DNA from: a virus
Lineage: Duplodnaviria; Caudoviricetes
Strand: one strand, 5' to 3'
Length of the DNA stretch: 60,787 nt
IMG/VR virus record: IMGVR_UViG_3300044823_000252
Coordinates: 1 to 60,787 of that record
The translations under genes and the position numbers were made by a program. Position 1 is the stretch's first letter. Every line of letters starts with the position of its first letter. Below the pieces are notes generated by a model. That model was not told the DNA's origin and did not search any database. It saw only the letters and a program-made list of their open reading frames with translations. Shown here piece after piece: positions 45,787 to 58,212 of this stretch.

Positions 45787-46625
45787 ACCAACCGACCACC
45801 GATATTGACGAGACAGCCGTCCAGGCTGCGCCGTTCTTGAAAAGCGCAGGGGGGAAGCGCTCGCTCCTGCCCGAGATCCGCGAGCACGTACCTGCGTCGT
45901 TCGGGCGGTACTTCGAGCCGTTCGTCGGTGGTGGTGCCGTCTTCTTCGATCTCCACGCCGTCGGAAGGGCCGACCGTGCCTACCTTGGTGACGCCAACAT
46001 CCACTGGATAATGGCGTACGAGGCCGTCCGCGACGATGTCGACGACCTCATCACCGCGCTCTTGGCTCACGCCGTCAAGCACTCGGCGGAGCACTACTAC
46101 GCTGTGCGCGAGCAGTCGCCGACGTCGAGACTCGCCATAGCGGCGCGGGCGATCTACCTGAACAAGACGTGTTTCAACGGACTTCACCGCGTCAACAAAG
46201 CTGGCAAGTTCAACGTCCCGATCGGCCGGTACGCGAACCCGACGATCTGCGACGAGGCGAACCTGCGCGCCTGCTCGGTCGCGCTGCAGAGCGTGGAGCT
46301 CGCGCGCGGCGACTTCGCGTCGGTGATGGCGCACGCTCGGGCGGGCGACTTCGTCTACTTCGACTGCCCGTACGTGCCGGTGAGCGCGAGCAGTCACTTC
46401 ACCGGGTACACGTCAGGGGGGTTCGACTGGACCGACCAGGAGCGGCTCGCGTCCTGCGCGCGCCGACTCAAGAAGCAAGGCGTGTGCGTACTGCTCTCCA
46501 ACGCCGACCATCTGAGCGTACGCAGACTCTACAATGGCTTCGAGATGCAGACCGTGAAGGCGCGCCGCAACATCAACAGCAAGGCCGGCAAGCGCGGGGT
46601 GGTCGGCGAGCTGCTCATCTGGTGA
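45783..46625 (+). CDS. dam: Dam-family (D12) DNA adenine methyltransferase, DCPY variant
   Basis: LKSAGGK, EPFVGGGAV, YLNKTCFNGLHRVN..FNVPIG, VYFDCPY. Confidence 0.88.
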   Translation: MNQPTTDIDETAVQAAPFLKSAGGKRSLLPEIREHVPASFGRYFEPFVGGGAVFFDLHAVGRADRAYLGDANIHWIMAYEAVRDDVDDLITALLAHAVKHSAEHYYAVREQSPTSRLAIAARAIYLNKTCFNGLHRVNKAGKFNVPIGRYANPTICDEANLRACSVALQSVELARGDFASVMAHARAGDFVYFDCPYVPVSASSHFTGYTSGGFDWTDQERLASCARRLKKQGVCVLLSNADHLSVRRLYNGFEMQTVKARRNINSKAGKRGVVGELLIW

Positions 46626-46639
46626 AGGGAGTCGGTGCC

Positions 46640-47854
<1,215 letters not shown>

Positions 47855-47860
47855 CGGGCG

Positions 47861-48298
47861 ATGCGGAAGCGGACGATGCTGCACGGTTCGATCGCGAACG
47901 AGATCGTGATGGCGGTCGGGCTGCGGGCGATGGCGGACGCGATCGGCGAGGAAGTTGGCCCCGACGTCTCCTTTGCGCTCTTCGTCGACTGGAGAGACGG
48001 CAAGCCCATGTCCTACGTGTCCGACGTCCCCAGACCGCGCGTCATCCCGATCCTCGAAGATTGGCTCGCGAAGGCGGAGCACCTGCCCGGTCGGAGCGGC
48101 GGTCAGCTACGCGGCGCGCCGGTGCTCCAGGCCAAGTGCGCGGAGCTTGGCAAGCAGATGGTCGAGGAGGACATCGATGTCGCGCTGTTCCTCATCAAGT
48201 GGGGTGACGACGGCGAGGTCGCGTGGTTCTTGTCGATGGATCGCGGGCAAGATGTGGTGCGTGACTGGGTACAGTCGGAAAAACGATCAGGGAGCTGA
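47861..48298 (+). CDS. Hypothetical protein
   Basis: 145 aa in operon. Confidence 0.6.
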   Translation: MRKRTMLHGSIANEIVMAVGLRAMADAIGEEVGPDVSFALFVDWRDGKPMSYVSDVPRPRVIPILEDWLAKAEHLPGRSGGQLRGAPVLQAKCAELGKQMVEEDIDVALFLIKWGDDGEVAWFLSMDRGQDVVRDWVQSEKRSGS

Positions 48299-48301
48299 GG
48301 G

Positions 48302-49195
48302 ATGCCGAAAGAATCGAGAGACGCGCTCAATGCGAAGGGTAAGACCGATGTCTACTACTTCGACCCGACCGACGTGGTCCTGGTCGAGAACAAGGCTTCC
48401 GCGCTCTACGACGAGCGGGTGGAGAACGACTTCAAGGAGTCGCTCGTCGTCAACATGATGTACCAGCCGGAGCCCGACGGGCCGCCGCAGGGCGTCCTCA
48501 AGGTACTCCTCGGCCGGCGCAACGCGGAGACTGGCAAGGTCGAGATCATCGACGGCAGGCAACGCACCAAAGCCTGCCGCGAGGCGAACCGTCGGCTCAA
48601 GAAACAGGGAGCGGAGCTACTTCGTCTGCCGGTGCTGCTCAAGCGCGCGAACGACGTGCGGTCGATGGCGATGCTTATCAGCTCCAACGAGCACACGACG
48701 GAAGACTCGCCGCTCAAGAAGGCCCACAAGGCGCAACGCTACATCGACCTTGGGCGCGACGAGTCGGAGGTGGGGGCTCTGCTTGGCCTCTCGCGGCAGT
48801 CGGTCAAGAGTCTACTGTCCTTGCTCGATGCACCCGCCTCCGTCAGAAACGCCGTCGAGATGGGCAAGATCACCGCGCGCGACGGCTACAAACTCGCACG
48901 CCTTGCTCCGGATGAGGCCAAGGTGAAGGTCGCGGAGCTACTCGAGCACGCGCCGCGAACGCCCGGCAAGAAACGGTCGCCTAACGCGAAGCGCGCGCGG
49001 GAGATCCTCGGCGGCGGCGAGCAGAAACTAGCGCCGGATCCCACCAACAGTCATACGACCAAGAAGGGAGAGGACGCGGTCGCGGAGTCCATCGCCGTGT
49101 GGATCGAGCGGACGTGGAACGGCGACGAGAACTGGGACGGGTCGCCGAAGGATATTCCTCAACGGATCCGCGCCGGGGAGTGGCGAAACAAATGA
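48302..49195 (+). CDS. ParB-like protein
   Basis: IIDGRQRTKA Arg patch, SSN, then an HTH (ESEVGALLGLSRQSV). Confidence 0.75.
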   Translation: MPKESRDALNAKGKTDVYYFDPTDVVLVENKASALYDERVENDFKESLVVNMMYQPEPDGPPQGVLKVLLGRRNAETGKVEIIDGRQRTKACREANRRLKKQGAELLRLPVLLKRANDVRSMAMLISSNEHTTEDSPLKKAHKAQRYIDLGRDESEVGALLGLSRQSVKSLLSLLDAPASVRNAVEMGKITARDGYKLARLAPDEAKVKVAELLEHAPRTPGKKRSPNAKRAREILGGGEQKLAPDPTNSHTTKKGEDAVAESIAVWIERTWNGDENWDGSPKDIPQRIRAGEWRNK

Positions 49196-49369
49196 TGAAG
49201 CTTTGCGACTGCGCGGTCTGCGGCGAGCCTGTCCAGCGCCGGAAGTACCAAGCCGACACGGCGCGCGTCTGCTCGCCTCCGTGCGCGAGGCGGCTCGCCG
49301 TTCTCGAGCACCCGGACATCGACGTCAAGGGCAATCGCTGGAGGGATCAGCTCCCTCAAGCGTAGAACC

Positions 49370-49648
49370 ATGACGGGGTACGACCTTACAACCATCGAGC
49401 GGCTCGCTGAGAAGATCGCCCAAGAGCACGGCCTCAGGCAGTCCTCCGATCTCTTCGCGCCCAAGAGGCACCCGACGGTCGTGCGGGCAAGAGACCATCT
49501 TTTTGCGGTCGTGAAGTGGTCGACAGGGTTCTCGTGGCCCGAGATGGCGGAGATCTTCGGGATGGACCACACGAGCATTCTCGTGGCCGTGAGGCGCCAC
49601 GAGATGCGCCTCAACGGTGAGGCACCAACCAAGAGAGAGAAACCGTAA
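49370..49648 (+). CDS. DnaA C-terminal-like HTH protein
   Basis: VRAR..FSWPEMAEIFGMDHTSILVAVRR. Confidence 0.75.
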   Translation: MTGYDLTTIERLAEKIAQEHGLRQSSDLFAPKRHPTVVRARDHLFAVVKWSTGFSWPEMAEIFGMDHTSILVAVRRHEMRLNGEAPTKREKP

Positions 49649-49674
49649 TCAACCCCGGCCTAAAGTCCGGAGCT

Positions 49675-50544
49675 TTGGAGATCAATCTCGATGGCTCGCA
49701 ACCAAGCATGAGCAAGCTCAGGATGTCGTTGGACCTTTCACTGCCTCTCGATGCAGTGACGCAGAAGATCGCGTTCATCGGGCGGACGGGGAGCGGCAAG
49801 ACGTACGCGGCGACCAAGCTCGCGGAACTCTTCGGTGAGGCGGGCGCGCAGTTTGTCGCGCTCGACCCGGTCGGCAAGTGGTGGAGCCTGAGGCTGCGCG
49901 CCGACGGCAAACCCTCCGGGCTCGACGTGCCTGTGTTCGGTGGACTGCACGGCGACCTGCCCCTCGAGCCGCTCATGGGCGCGCGGATCGCGGATCTCAT
50001 CGTCGACAGGCAGATCGCGGCGGTGCTCGACGTCAGTCAGTTCGAGCACAACACGGACAAGGCTCGATTCGCCGAGGCGTTCGCGACGCGGCTCTTCTAC
50101 AGGAAGAAGTCGGCGCCGAGCGCGATCCACCTCTTCGTAGAAGAGGCGCAGGAGTTCATACCGCAAAACCCGCAGGGCGAAGAGAAGCGGATGCTCGGCG
50201 CGTTCGAACGGATCGTCAAGCTCGGCCGCAACTTCGGCATCGGCGCGTCGCTCATCAGTCAGCGCCCGCAGGAAGTCAACAAGAAGGCGCTCAACCAGAC
50301 CGAGTGCCTCTTCGTCTTCCAGACGACCGGCACCCACGAACGCAAGGCCATCGACGCGTGGATCGCCGACAAGGGCATCGACGAGGACGACCGAGCGATG
50401 TCGAAAGAAGATGTAGCCGCGAATTGTGATCCGCCGTACGAAGCTGGCGGCGGCGGCTTCAACAACGCGCTGTCCAGGCTCCGCACCCTCGGCATCATCG
50501 AGGGCCGAAGTGAGATCAACCTGACCGAGCAACTTCGAGGATAA
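49675..50544 (+). CDS. HerA/DUF87-like ATPase, probably internally deleted
   Basis: GRTGSGKT, LDPVG, VEEAQ, LGRNFGIG, SQRP, then an abrupt jump to a winged-helix tail FNNALSRLRTLG. Start position uncertain. Confidence 0.75.
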   Translation: MEINLDGSQPSMSKLRMSLDLSLPLDAVTQKIAFIGRTGSGKTYAATKLAELFGEAGAQFVALDPVGKWWSLRLRADGKPSGLDVPVFGGLHGDLPLEPLMGARIADLIVDRQIAAVLDVSQFEHNTDKARFAEAFATRLFYRKKSAPSAIHLFVEEAQEFIPQNPQGEEKRMLGAFERIVKLGRNFGIGASLISQRPQEVNKKALNQTECLFVFQTTGTHERKAIDAWIADKGIDEDDRAMSKEDVAANCDPPYEAGGGGFNNALSRLRTLGIIEGRSEINLTEQLRG

Positions 50545-50556
50545 AAGGAGACGACC

Positions 50557-50703
50557 ATGGTGAAGAAGACGAAGGCGGCCAAGACGAAGTCCAGCAAGAA
50601 GGCCAACCGCAAGGGCACGCGCGGCGGATCGGTCGGTGGCAAGCCGCGCAAGTGCGGCATCTGCGGCAAGCTCGGTCACAACCGACGTACCCACGGCCGA
50701 TGA
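50557..50703 (+). CDS. 48-aa basic zinc-knuckle protein (not in ORF track)
   Basis: AAGGAG RBS; MVKKTKAAKTKSSKK..RKCGICGKLGHNRRTH. Confidence 0.7.
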   Translation: MVKKTKAAKTKSSKKANRKGTRGGSVGGKPRKCGICGKLGHNRRTHGR

Positions 50704-51327
50704 GCGTATTTATTGGTAGCGTGCGGGGGCCGCACCACAATAGCCAGTACGACGCGGGTGAGGTGTGGAGCGACGCGAGCGGCGTTTCACTCAATCTGTT
50801 CGAGAGTAACGGCTCCGATCGTACGAGCATGGTAAAGGCCACACGTAAGCTCGACCCGGTCGCGGCGCGCAACCTCGCCGCGCTGCTCGTGCGCGCCTCC
50901 GAGGAGGCCGAGCGGATGCGCTCCGGTGGGAGGGTGAACGGATCGTGAGGGTCTGGGTCATGACGAGCGGCGACTGCAGTGACACGCGCGTCGTCGCGGT
51001 CTTCACGGCGAGGGCCGACGCGGAGCGAGCCGAGGATCTTTTCGGCTGGAGCCCGATCGAGATGTACACCGACGTGCCGAACCTCGCGACCTTGCCGAAC
51101 GGCAAGCGCCCATTCTGCATGAGCGCCATCAAAAGAGATTACGGGAGCGACATGCCGAATTGCCGAGCGTACGAGGCGGACTACATCATCCCGCTGGAAA
51201 CGGCCTGGACGGGGGCTTTCCCAACCGGGCGCGACCAGTGGTTCGGGAGTATGTGGGCGGTCGACGAAGGTGAAGCTCTCCGCGAGGCGAACCGCAAGCT
51301 CCAGGAGATCCTGGGGGAGGTGTCTAC

Positions 51328-52212
51328 GTGAGTTACGAGGCGAAGATCATCCTGGACAGCGTAGGCCCGAACGGCGTGCGCCTGACGACGTTCGAACTGT
51401 CTTACCCGCGCATCGTGCACGCCGAGTTGCTCACGCACCGTATGTTCTCGCGCAACAGCGCCTCGTCGCGCGCCATCCCGACCGAGAGGTTGCTCGGTCG
51501 GATCGAGGAGGACCCGGTGCTGCCGGTCTGGTGGGGGAAGAACCAATCTGGGATGGCTGCGCGCGAGGAGCTCGACGGCGAGGCGCTCGAGTCAGCGAAG
51601 CGTTTATGGCTCGAGGCCGTCATGAGCGGCGTGCGGTACGCGCGCGAGCTCGGGAACCTCGGCCTGCACAAGCAGGTCGCCAACCGCGCCGCCGAACTCG
51701 GCATGTTCATCACCGTCGTCGTGACGGCGACGGAGTTCGACAATTTCTTCGCACTCCGCGACCACACGGCCGCGCAGCCGGAGTTGGCCGACGTCGCCGG
51801 CAAAGCTCATCGACTGTGGCAGGCGAGCGAGCCGGAGCGACTCTCTGCCGGGATGTGGCACCTACCGTACGTGACCGGCTACGACGGGCACATCTTGGGC
51901 TATGGTCCGGACGACATCTGCCGGATCAGTATCGGCCGGTGCGCGGCCGTCAGCTACCTGAACCAGGACAAGCGCGACCCGCCCGCAGATCTAGCGCGCG
52001 CAGGCAAGCTCGCGGCGGCAGGGCACATGAGCCCCTTCGAGCACGTCGCGCAGGCGCTCACCGAGGAGCAGTGGGTGCTCTACGGCACCGAGTTGGTTGC
52101 TAGGTGGGTGGACCGTCGAGTCCCGATTGGCAACCTGTGGGGCTGGCGACAGTATCGTAAAGGGCTCAAGAACGAGCACGACTTCTCGAAGATCGGAGCC
52201 GACCATGCCTGA
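51328..52212 (+). CDS. thyX: Phage ThyX-like flavin-dependent thymidylate synthase
   Basis: ELLTHRMFSRNSASSRAIP, LHKQVANR, AQPE, HMSPFEH. Confidence 0.85.
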   Translation: MSYEAKIILDSVGPNGVRLTTFELSYPRIVHAELLTHRMFSRNSASSRAIPTERLLGRIEEDPVLPVWWGKNQSGMAAREELDGEALESAKRLWLEAVMSGVRYARELGNLGLHKQVANRAAELGMFITVVVTATEFDNFFALRDHTAAQPELADVAGKAHRLWQASEPERLSAGMWHLPYVTGYDGHILGYGPDDICRISIGRCAAVSYLNQDKRDPPADLARAGKLAAAGHMSPFEHVAQALTEEQWVLYGTELVARWVDRRVPIGNLWGWRQYRKGLKNEHDFSKIGADHA

Positions 52213-52927
52213 CGACCGTGACGCCGAGGTGATTCGCCTCACTCTCCTGGTCGACGAGCTGACCGCGCAGCGTGACGCGTTCGGGCAGAAGGCGCTTCAG
52301 CTCCAGGATCGCGTGACCACGCTGGAGTCGGCGCGCGACGCGCGCCAGCGAGCGGTCCTGCAGTGGGTCGGCGGCACGTTCGGGCCGCTCGCGCGCACGC
52401 CCTACGAGCGCGCGCAGCGCGTGCTAGAGGAGGCGGTCGAGCTAGGCCAGGCAGAGGGTCTGACACCCGAGAGAACGCGCGCGGTCGTTGACCACGTCTA
52501 CGGCAAGCCCCCCGGAGATCCGGCGCAGGAGGCGGGCGGCCTCGGGGTGACGCTGCTCGCTTACTGTGAGGCGCGTGGGCTGTCGGCCGACGGGGAGGAG
52601 GTCCGGGAGTTCGACCGCGTGCTGTCGATCGACCCAGCGCAATTCCGCGCGCGGCACAACGCGAAGGCGGATGCGGGTATCGCAGTGCGGGCGCCCGAAG
52701 GGATCCCGAGCTGGAGTCCAGGAAACGTCCTGCATCTCAAGACCCAGCGCGACCAGCCGTACGGGTCGGTGCGCAAGTGCTGCGAGCGCTGCGGGGTCGC
52801 GCTCATTCCTCCCGAGCCGTTTCCGTGGACGGCGGACGAGGCGATCTACTACCACCCGCCTAGCGGGTTCGTGAACTGCGCGAGCGCGAAGGAGGATCAA
52901 GATGGAGACCGGCTGCCCGCACCCTGA
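52205..52927 (+). CDS. MazG-like NTP pyrophosphohydrolase-domain protein
   Basis: W..TFG..ERAQRVLEEAVEL..QEAGG. Confidence 0.55.
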   Translation: MPDDRDAEVIRLTLLVDELTAQRDAFGQKALQLQDRVTTLESARDARQRAVLQWVGGTFGPLARTPYERAQRVLEEAVELGQAEGLTPERTRAVVDHVYGKPPGDPAQEAGGLGVTLLAYCEARGLSADGEEVREFDRVLSIDPAQFRARHNAKADAGIAVRAPEGIPSWSPGNVLHLKTQRDQPYGSVRKCCERCGVALIPPEPFPWTADEAIYYHPPSGFVNCASAKEDQDGDRLPAP

Positions 52928-53785
52928 GTCCGCGATCGTCACCATCGAGACGGACATGACGGTCGTTTGGTGGTGTTCGCTCTGCGGTTCCATCGAAGAC
53001 AACAACGGTGAACACGGTGCGCCAGCCTGCACTTGGCGCGCTCCGACCGGGATCGTGCTCCCAGGATGGATGTGCGCCTGCGGAGTGTTCAACGGCTCGC
53101 TCAAAGAATTACTTGCGACGTGTCGCTTGTGCGGTACGCCTCGGTTGACAACCGATACCACTAACGATACTTCTGGAATGGGTGGCGAGTCGTGAGCGAT
53201 CCCGAGGACGACGTCTACTGTAAGGAGAACTGCCGCGAGCGGCGTAAGCCGTGCGCCCATTGTCTCGCGCAGCCGTCGCACGCTGCGCGACCGACGACTT
53301 ATCACCGAAGGTAAACCAACACTCACCCCACAACCCGTTCGCAACGCTACTGAGGAGAGACTCATGACCGAAAAGGAAAAGCAGGCGCTCTGGATCGAGT
53401 TCGCGAAGGTTGCCGTGCAGAATTACGAGACACCGGACGACATCGACAACCTCGAAGACTTGGTCAACGACATCGCCGACTTCAGCGCCTCGGTAGCCGA
53501 CGCGATGGTCGAGGAGGCCGACGAGCGGTTCGGTGGTGGGCGCCGCCGGAGTGGTAGGTCGTCGCGCAGGCGACGGGACCCCGAAGACGGGCCGGAAGAG
53601 AAGTAAGCGTGAGTCGACCTCCGTGCGCGCCGAGCTTCCGCGAACTCCGCGAGGGCCTGCCCGCCTTCGAATGGGTCGACAACGGGCAGGCCCACGTCGA
53701 GGCGCGCACGGTCGGGATCGTGCGCGGGTCCGTTCGAACGCTGGGAGAGGTTCGCGCCGAAGCGGCGCAGGGAGGTTGACTGATC

Positions 53786-54484
53786 ATGAAGACGTATTGG
53801 GATCTGTCGGAGAAAGAGCGCGCCGAGCTCTCGCGCGACGACGTCGCGAAGTTCATCGACGCGGAGCTGATGACCAAGGGCGTACTGTCCGTGCCGACGC
53901 TCGCGCTCGTGCCGGTGCCCGAGACCCAGGCGCCGACGACAACGCTGTACCAGATCGGCGACAGCTATAGCGGCATCGACCTCGCCTTCCGTACCGAGCA
54001 GGACGCCCGCGCGTTCGCGATCGGCGCGATGCGCATCGAGCGCGACTGGGAGTCGGACTCGTCATTCGTCCGCCCCATCACCGAGACGGCCGTGCGGACG
54101 GTGCCCATCGCCGAGCGCGACGCGGTGATGGCGATACGCCCGGCGCTCAAGGCCGCCAAGGTCGCGGCCGAGGAGAACCGCAAGCGCCGCGAAGCGCACG
54201 AGGCGCAGCAGCGCGAGGTCGAAAAAACGCTCGAGTCGATGTGGGCTGACTGGAACGCCTGCATCGCGAAGGCCGAGCGGATGTCTCGGATCCGGGAGAC
54301 CGCGGCGAAGTACAAGGCTCTGGCCGAGGGTGACTCCGGCATCGCGGGCCGATTTCTCCTCAAGGTCTTTCCGGCGAACAACGTGACCGAGGCCGAGGAC
54401 TGGTGCTCCGACTGGCCGCTCCCTATCGAGCGCTGCGCCGGGGTCGAACCCACGGGGCCGCAGCTCGCCGGAGGTGCGCCGTGA
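53786..54484 (+). CDS. Hypothetical protein
   Basis: GGAGG RBS; 232 aa. Confidence 0.65.
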   Translation: MKTYWDLSEKERAELSRDDVAKFIDAELMTKGVLSVPTLALVPVPETQAPTTTLYQIGDSYSGIDLAFRTEQDARAFAIGAMRIERDWESDSSFVRPITETAVRTVPIAERDAVMAIRPALKAAKVAAEENRKRREAHEAQQREVEKTLESMWADWNACIAKAERMSRIRETAAKYKALAEGDSGIAGRFLLKVFPANNVTEAEDWCSDWPLPIERCAGVEPTGPQLAGGAP

Positions 54485-56898
54485 AGCTCGAGGTAGGCTG
54501 GAGGCCCTGCTCGATCGAGCGGCGGTTGAGGCGATGAACGCGATCGACTGGGCGGAGCGCGTCCGGGTTCGGTTGCGTGGATCTGTAGGCCGCCCGCTCG
54601 ACGCGGCGATCGTTCTCGAGCGGGAGAATGCGGCCCGCCTCTGTGAGGATCTGGCTGACGAGTACCTCGCGAAAGGGATCGGGTGGAATTTTGACGCGGC
54701 CGTGGCGTTGGCCGATCGCATCCGATCCGGTAAGCGGTCGGCACCGAGGGGAATGGAGAGATCTGATGGGTGACCATATCGTGGACGGCGAGTTCAAGAG
54801 CGACAAGTACGACTGGTGCCCGCCCGGGTTCGTGGCGCTCAAGCTCACCGACAAGGACGCGCAGCCGTTCTTGTGGGGGTACGCCCAGGCACACCGTCCG
54901 CGCGACCGCGGCTTCTCTGACGACCTCGAGACGGCGCTCAGAGCCAATGGTTTCGTCACGCCGGACGGAGACTACCTCCAAGATCTGAAGCACAAGAAGC
55001 GGGCGTGGCCGGAGATCTTCGCGAAGCGACTGGAGTGGCTGATCTCGAGCGAGGGGGCTCAGCGAGCCCCGGAGCAGGTGGTCGCGTACGCCGAGAGGCT
55101 CACCGACCTCTGCATAGACACGATCACCGTCAGGTGCCGATCGTTCGACGCGAAGATCGATGCCTTCGCTAAAGGTCTCAGTGAGCGTATTGCCGCGAAC
55201 GTCGCGGGTGACGTGCACGACGAGCGTTTACTCGGCCTGCGCGGACACTGCTCGCGGTGCGACGCCAAGCCGAGTGAACCGTGCAGGGAGTCGCGGTGAG
55301 TTTCTTCTGCCAGGCGTGCGGCAACCAGCGCGCTGGATCGCCAGCCGAGGGTGAGGATGTCTGTAACGATTGTAGGTTGAAGCAGGTGGGCCAGGCGGCT
55401 CTCCTGGTTTCCTACCTGCTCGTCGAGCGGCGTCGCATCGACATGGACGTCGTCCTCGAGCTTGAGCAAATCCTCGACGAGACTCAGAACGGTCCGCCGG
55501 ACGGCGGCGCGGACGGGTCGATCGATGAGCGCCAGTGGCGCACACTGCGCGAGATCGTCGACGCGGCGCGCGCATACGAGGGGGCGCTCGACAGTGCGCA
55601 GCTATTGGGAACAAGGACGTGACTGACATCGTGGTGTCCGTCGCGGACCTGTCGGAGCTCATCGCGCGCGCGCCGGGAAGGGTCAGGTACACGCGCGAGG
55701 AGATGCTCGCGCGCCTCGATGGTGCGATCTGCAAGGGATACGTGGACGGTGTCGCCGTCATTGAACCGATGGACGGAGGCACCATCTGGACGCCACAACG
55801 GGACGTGGACGCGTTCATCTCGGACGGTCTGCTCACTGAGGTGACCGTCGGTGAGGTCACTAGGTTGGTGCGACCGTGATCGTTACGGGGTGTCTCGCGG
55901 GGCTCTTCGCGGTCGCCTTCGTCGTCGGTTATATCGCCTTCCTATATTGGGTAGTGACACTGCCCGACCCGCATGACGTGGAAGCATGGAAAGAGCGGAG
56001 ACGACGACGATGATCGACCCCAAGTGCTGCCGCTGCAGGATGGAGCTGACCGAGAAGGGTGGCGTCCTGCTGCTGCCGCCTGAAAGTACACGCAAGATAG
56101 CCAGCGGCGCGCTGGAGGTGGACTTAGTACCAAAGCTCCACCTCTGCGTCCCGTGTACGGACGCCGTGGTCACGTTCTTGGCTAGCGCCGAGTGGGCTGA
56201 CACGCCGGACGAGTGGATCGAGGCGATCAAGGCGGCACACCCGGCGCACGGCAGTGAGACGCACGATACATACGGCATCGCGATGCGGATGGTCGGAAAC
56301 CGTCACTCCAAGGGCCAACTGGTTGCTCTCGTGAACTGGTTACTCGTCCGTATCCAGACCGATCGTCGCAAGTCATGATCGTGACCGGCCACTCACCGAC
56401 GTGGTTCGGGGAATCTTCCGCAGATCGCCGCCGTACGGCCGGCCTGATCGGGATGACCATCTTGCTGTCGCCGCTGATCCTGGTGGCCGAGCTGCTCTAC
56501 GCGATCGGTGTACCATGCCGCGGAGATTCGCCGAAACCGAGCACCTGAGAGGAGTCCACCATGGACGTGATGCAGCGAGTGGAAGACTTCATGAACCTGG
56601 CTCTCGACGAGCGCACACCGGAGAAGGAGCGACTCAACTCCGCGCTCGGAGCGCTCCGACTCATCCGCGAGTACAAGCTGCTCGGCAAAAAGCACGTCGA
56701 CGTCGCCGCCAGCGTCATCGAGAGGATCACCAACCCCATCTTCGGTGAGGAGGTGGCGAGCCGAGCCGAGAAGATCGCGGACAGCGTCGACAGGGTCATC
56801 GGCAGCGTCAAGAGAGTGTCCGACAGACTCGCGAAGAGCGCGAGTGTCGGGGAGGGAGGGCGCGGCGGTGGTCGGGGTCGTCGGTACGGGGGGCGAGG

Positions 56899-58212
56899 GT
56901 GAGTACGCGACTCGACCTCGTCCTGCGGAAGTTCCCCGAACACGGGGACGAGATCCGCGCGCTCGCTTCGCGGGACCCGTCCGGGAACCTCAAGTACCTC
57001 GACTGGGGGGCGAGGGTGATAGCATCCAGGCAAGCGCTCGCGCCCGAGGTCGCCGACGTCATCGACCTGTTCCACCGGTTCAGGGGGATGGAGTTCGGGC
57101 GGCGTCATCGGCGCGAGCTTGTCCGACGCGACATCTACTCCTACCGCCCGCAGGATCTGGCTCACCTGCGCGACGCCATGCTCAAGATCAAGCGGGCTAC
57201 CGAAAAGAAGCGGCGAGAGCGCGAGCGCCTCTACCGTATCGAGGGGTCGATGGACGTCGACGTCGTCTACGACTCGCCCGACCTCATCGTCCGGCACATC
57301 AAGAACAAGAACGCCAGCGTCCACTACGGACTGAGCACGAAGTGGTGCATCTCGATGCAGCGCGACGGTTACTTCGAGAGTTACGAAACGAACAACGCTA
57401 CGTTCTTCTTCTTCGAGCGCAAGTCGCCGGTAGGCGACGAGTTCGACAAGGTCGCCGTCATGCTTCCGCGCGGCAGCGATCGTAACGTGGCTGACGCGTT
57501 CACGGCCATCGACCGCCGGATCGACATGATGGCGCTTGCCGGGGTGTACGGACCGCGCGTCTTCGACATCTTCCGCGCGGTCTACGAGTGCAGTGAGCGG
57601 TACCCTGGCTCGACCGCGTGCTGCGTCCGCGCGGGCACTGCCACGCGCGAGCAACTCGAGTCGATGTTCGCGAGTATCACCGGAGGCTCACTCAAGAAGC
57701 TGGATCCCTACGAGATGGACTTATTGCTCGTGTCCATCTGCTGCAACGACGCCGCGCCACCCTCCATGCTGGAGGAGATCGCCAGGAGCGCCTCCGCGCT
57801 GTCGATGGCTGCGTGGAAACGGTGGTCTGGCAAGCGTCTTCGGAGAATGGCTCATCAGGATAGCGCGAAGGAGCTGGTGCGCGCCGTCATGGCGGCTCTG
57901 GTGATTCACCCGCTGACTCCGGACGCTCTCAGGGCCAACCTGGTCAGTGGCCTCCGGCGCCGGCACGTCGACATCGAGAAGATCCGTCGGGTGACCGACG
58001 ACCGATGGAGCGGTGTAGGGGTGGTCTACCGAGAGCGCAAATCGTACAGGTACAGGAGGACTCGTCGCGTACCGAGAACAGCGGCGAGTCTCCGCGCATG
58101 GGCGGATCGGCTTGACCGGAGGGCTGTAAGGGCGAGGAAGCAGGCCAAGGCGCTGGAGCGCAAACTGGCCGCTGCGATGGCTAAGAAAAAGAAGAGAGCG
58201 AGTGCCCGATGA
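56899..58212 (+). CDS. Hypothetical large-phage protein
   Basis: DPSGNLKYLDW and ASVHYGLSTKWCIS..YFESY motifs. Confidence 0.7.
   Translation: MSTRLDLVLRKFPEHGDEIRALASRDPSGNLKYLDWGARVIASRQALAPEVADVIDLFHRFRGMEFGRRHRRELVRRDIYSYRPQDLAHLRDAMLKIKRATEKKRRERERLYRIEGSMDVDVVYDSPDLIVRHIKNKNASVHYGLSTKWCISMQRDGYFESYETNNATFFFFERKSPVGDEFDKVAVMLPRGSDRNVADAFTAIDRRIDMMALAGVYGPRVFDIFRAVYECSERYPGSTACCVRAGTATREQLESMFASITGGSLKKLDPYEMDLLLVSICCNDAAPPSMLEEIARSASALSMAAWKRWSGKRLRRMAHQDSAKELVRAVMAALVIHPLTPDALRANLVSGLRRRHVDIEKIRRVTDDRWSGVGVVYRERKSYRYRRTRRVPRTAASLRAWADRLDRRAVRARKQAKALERKLAAAMAKKKKRASAR

Noticed and set aside
55876-56012. Possible tRNA/ncRNA in an apparent gap
   Set aside because: No cloverleaf; it reads as a short coupled membrane-peptide ORF.
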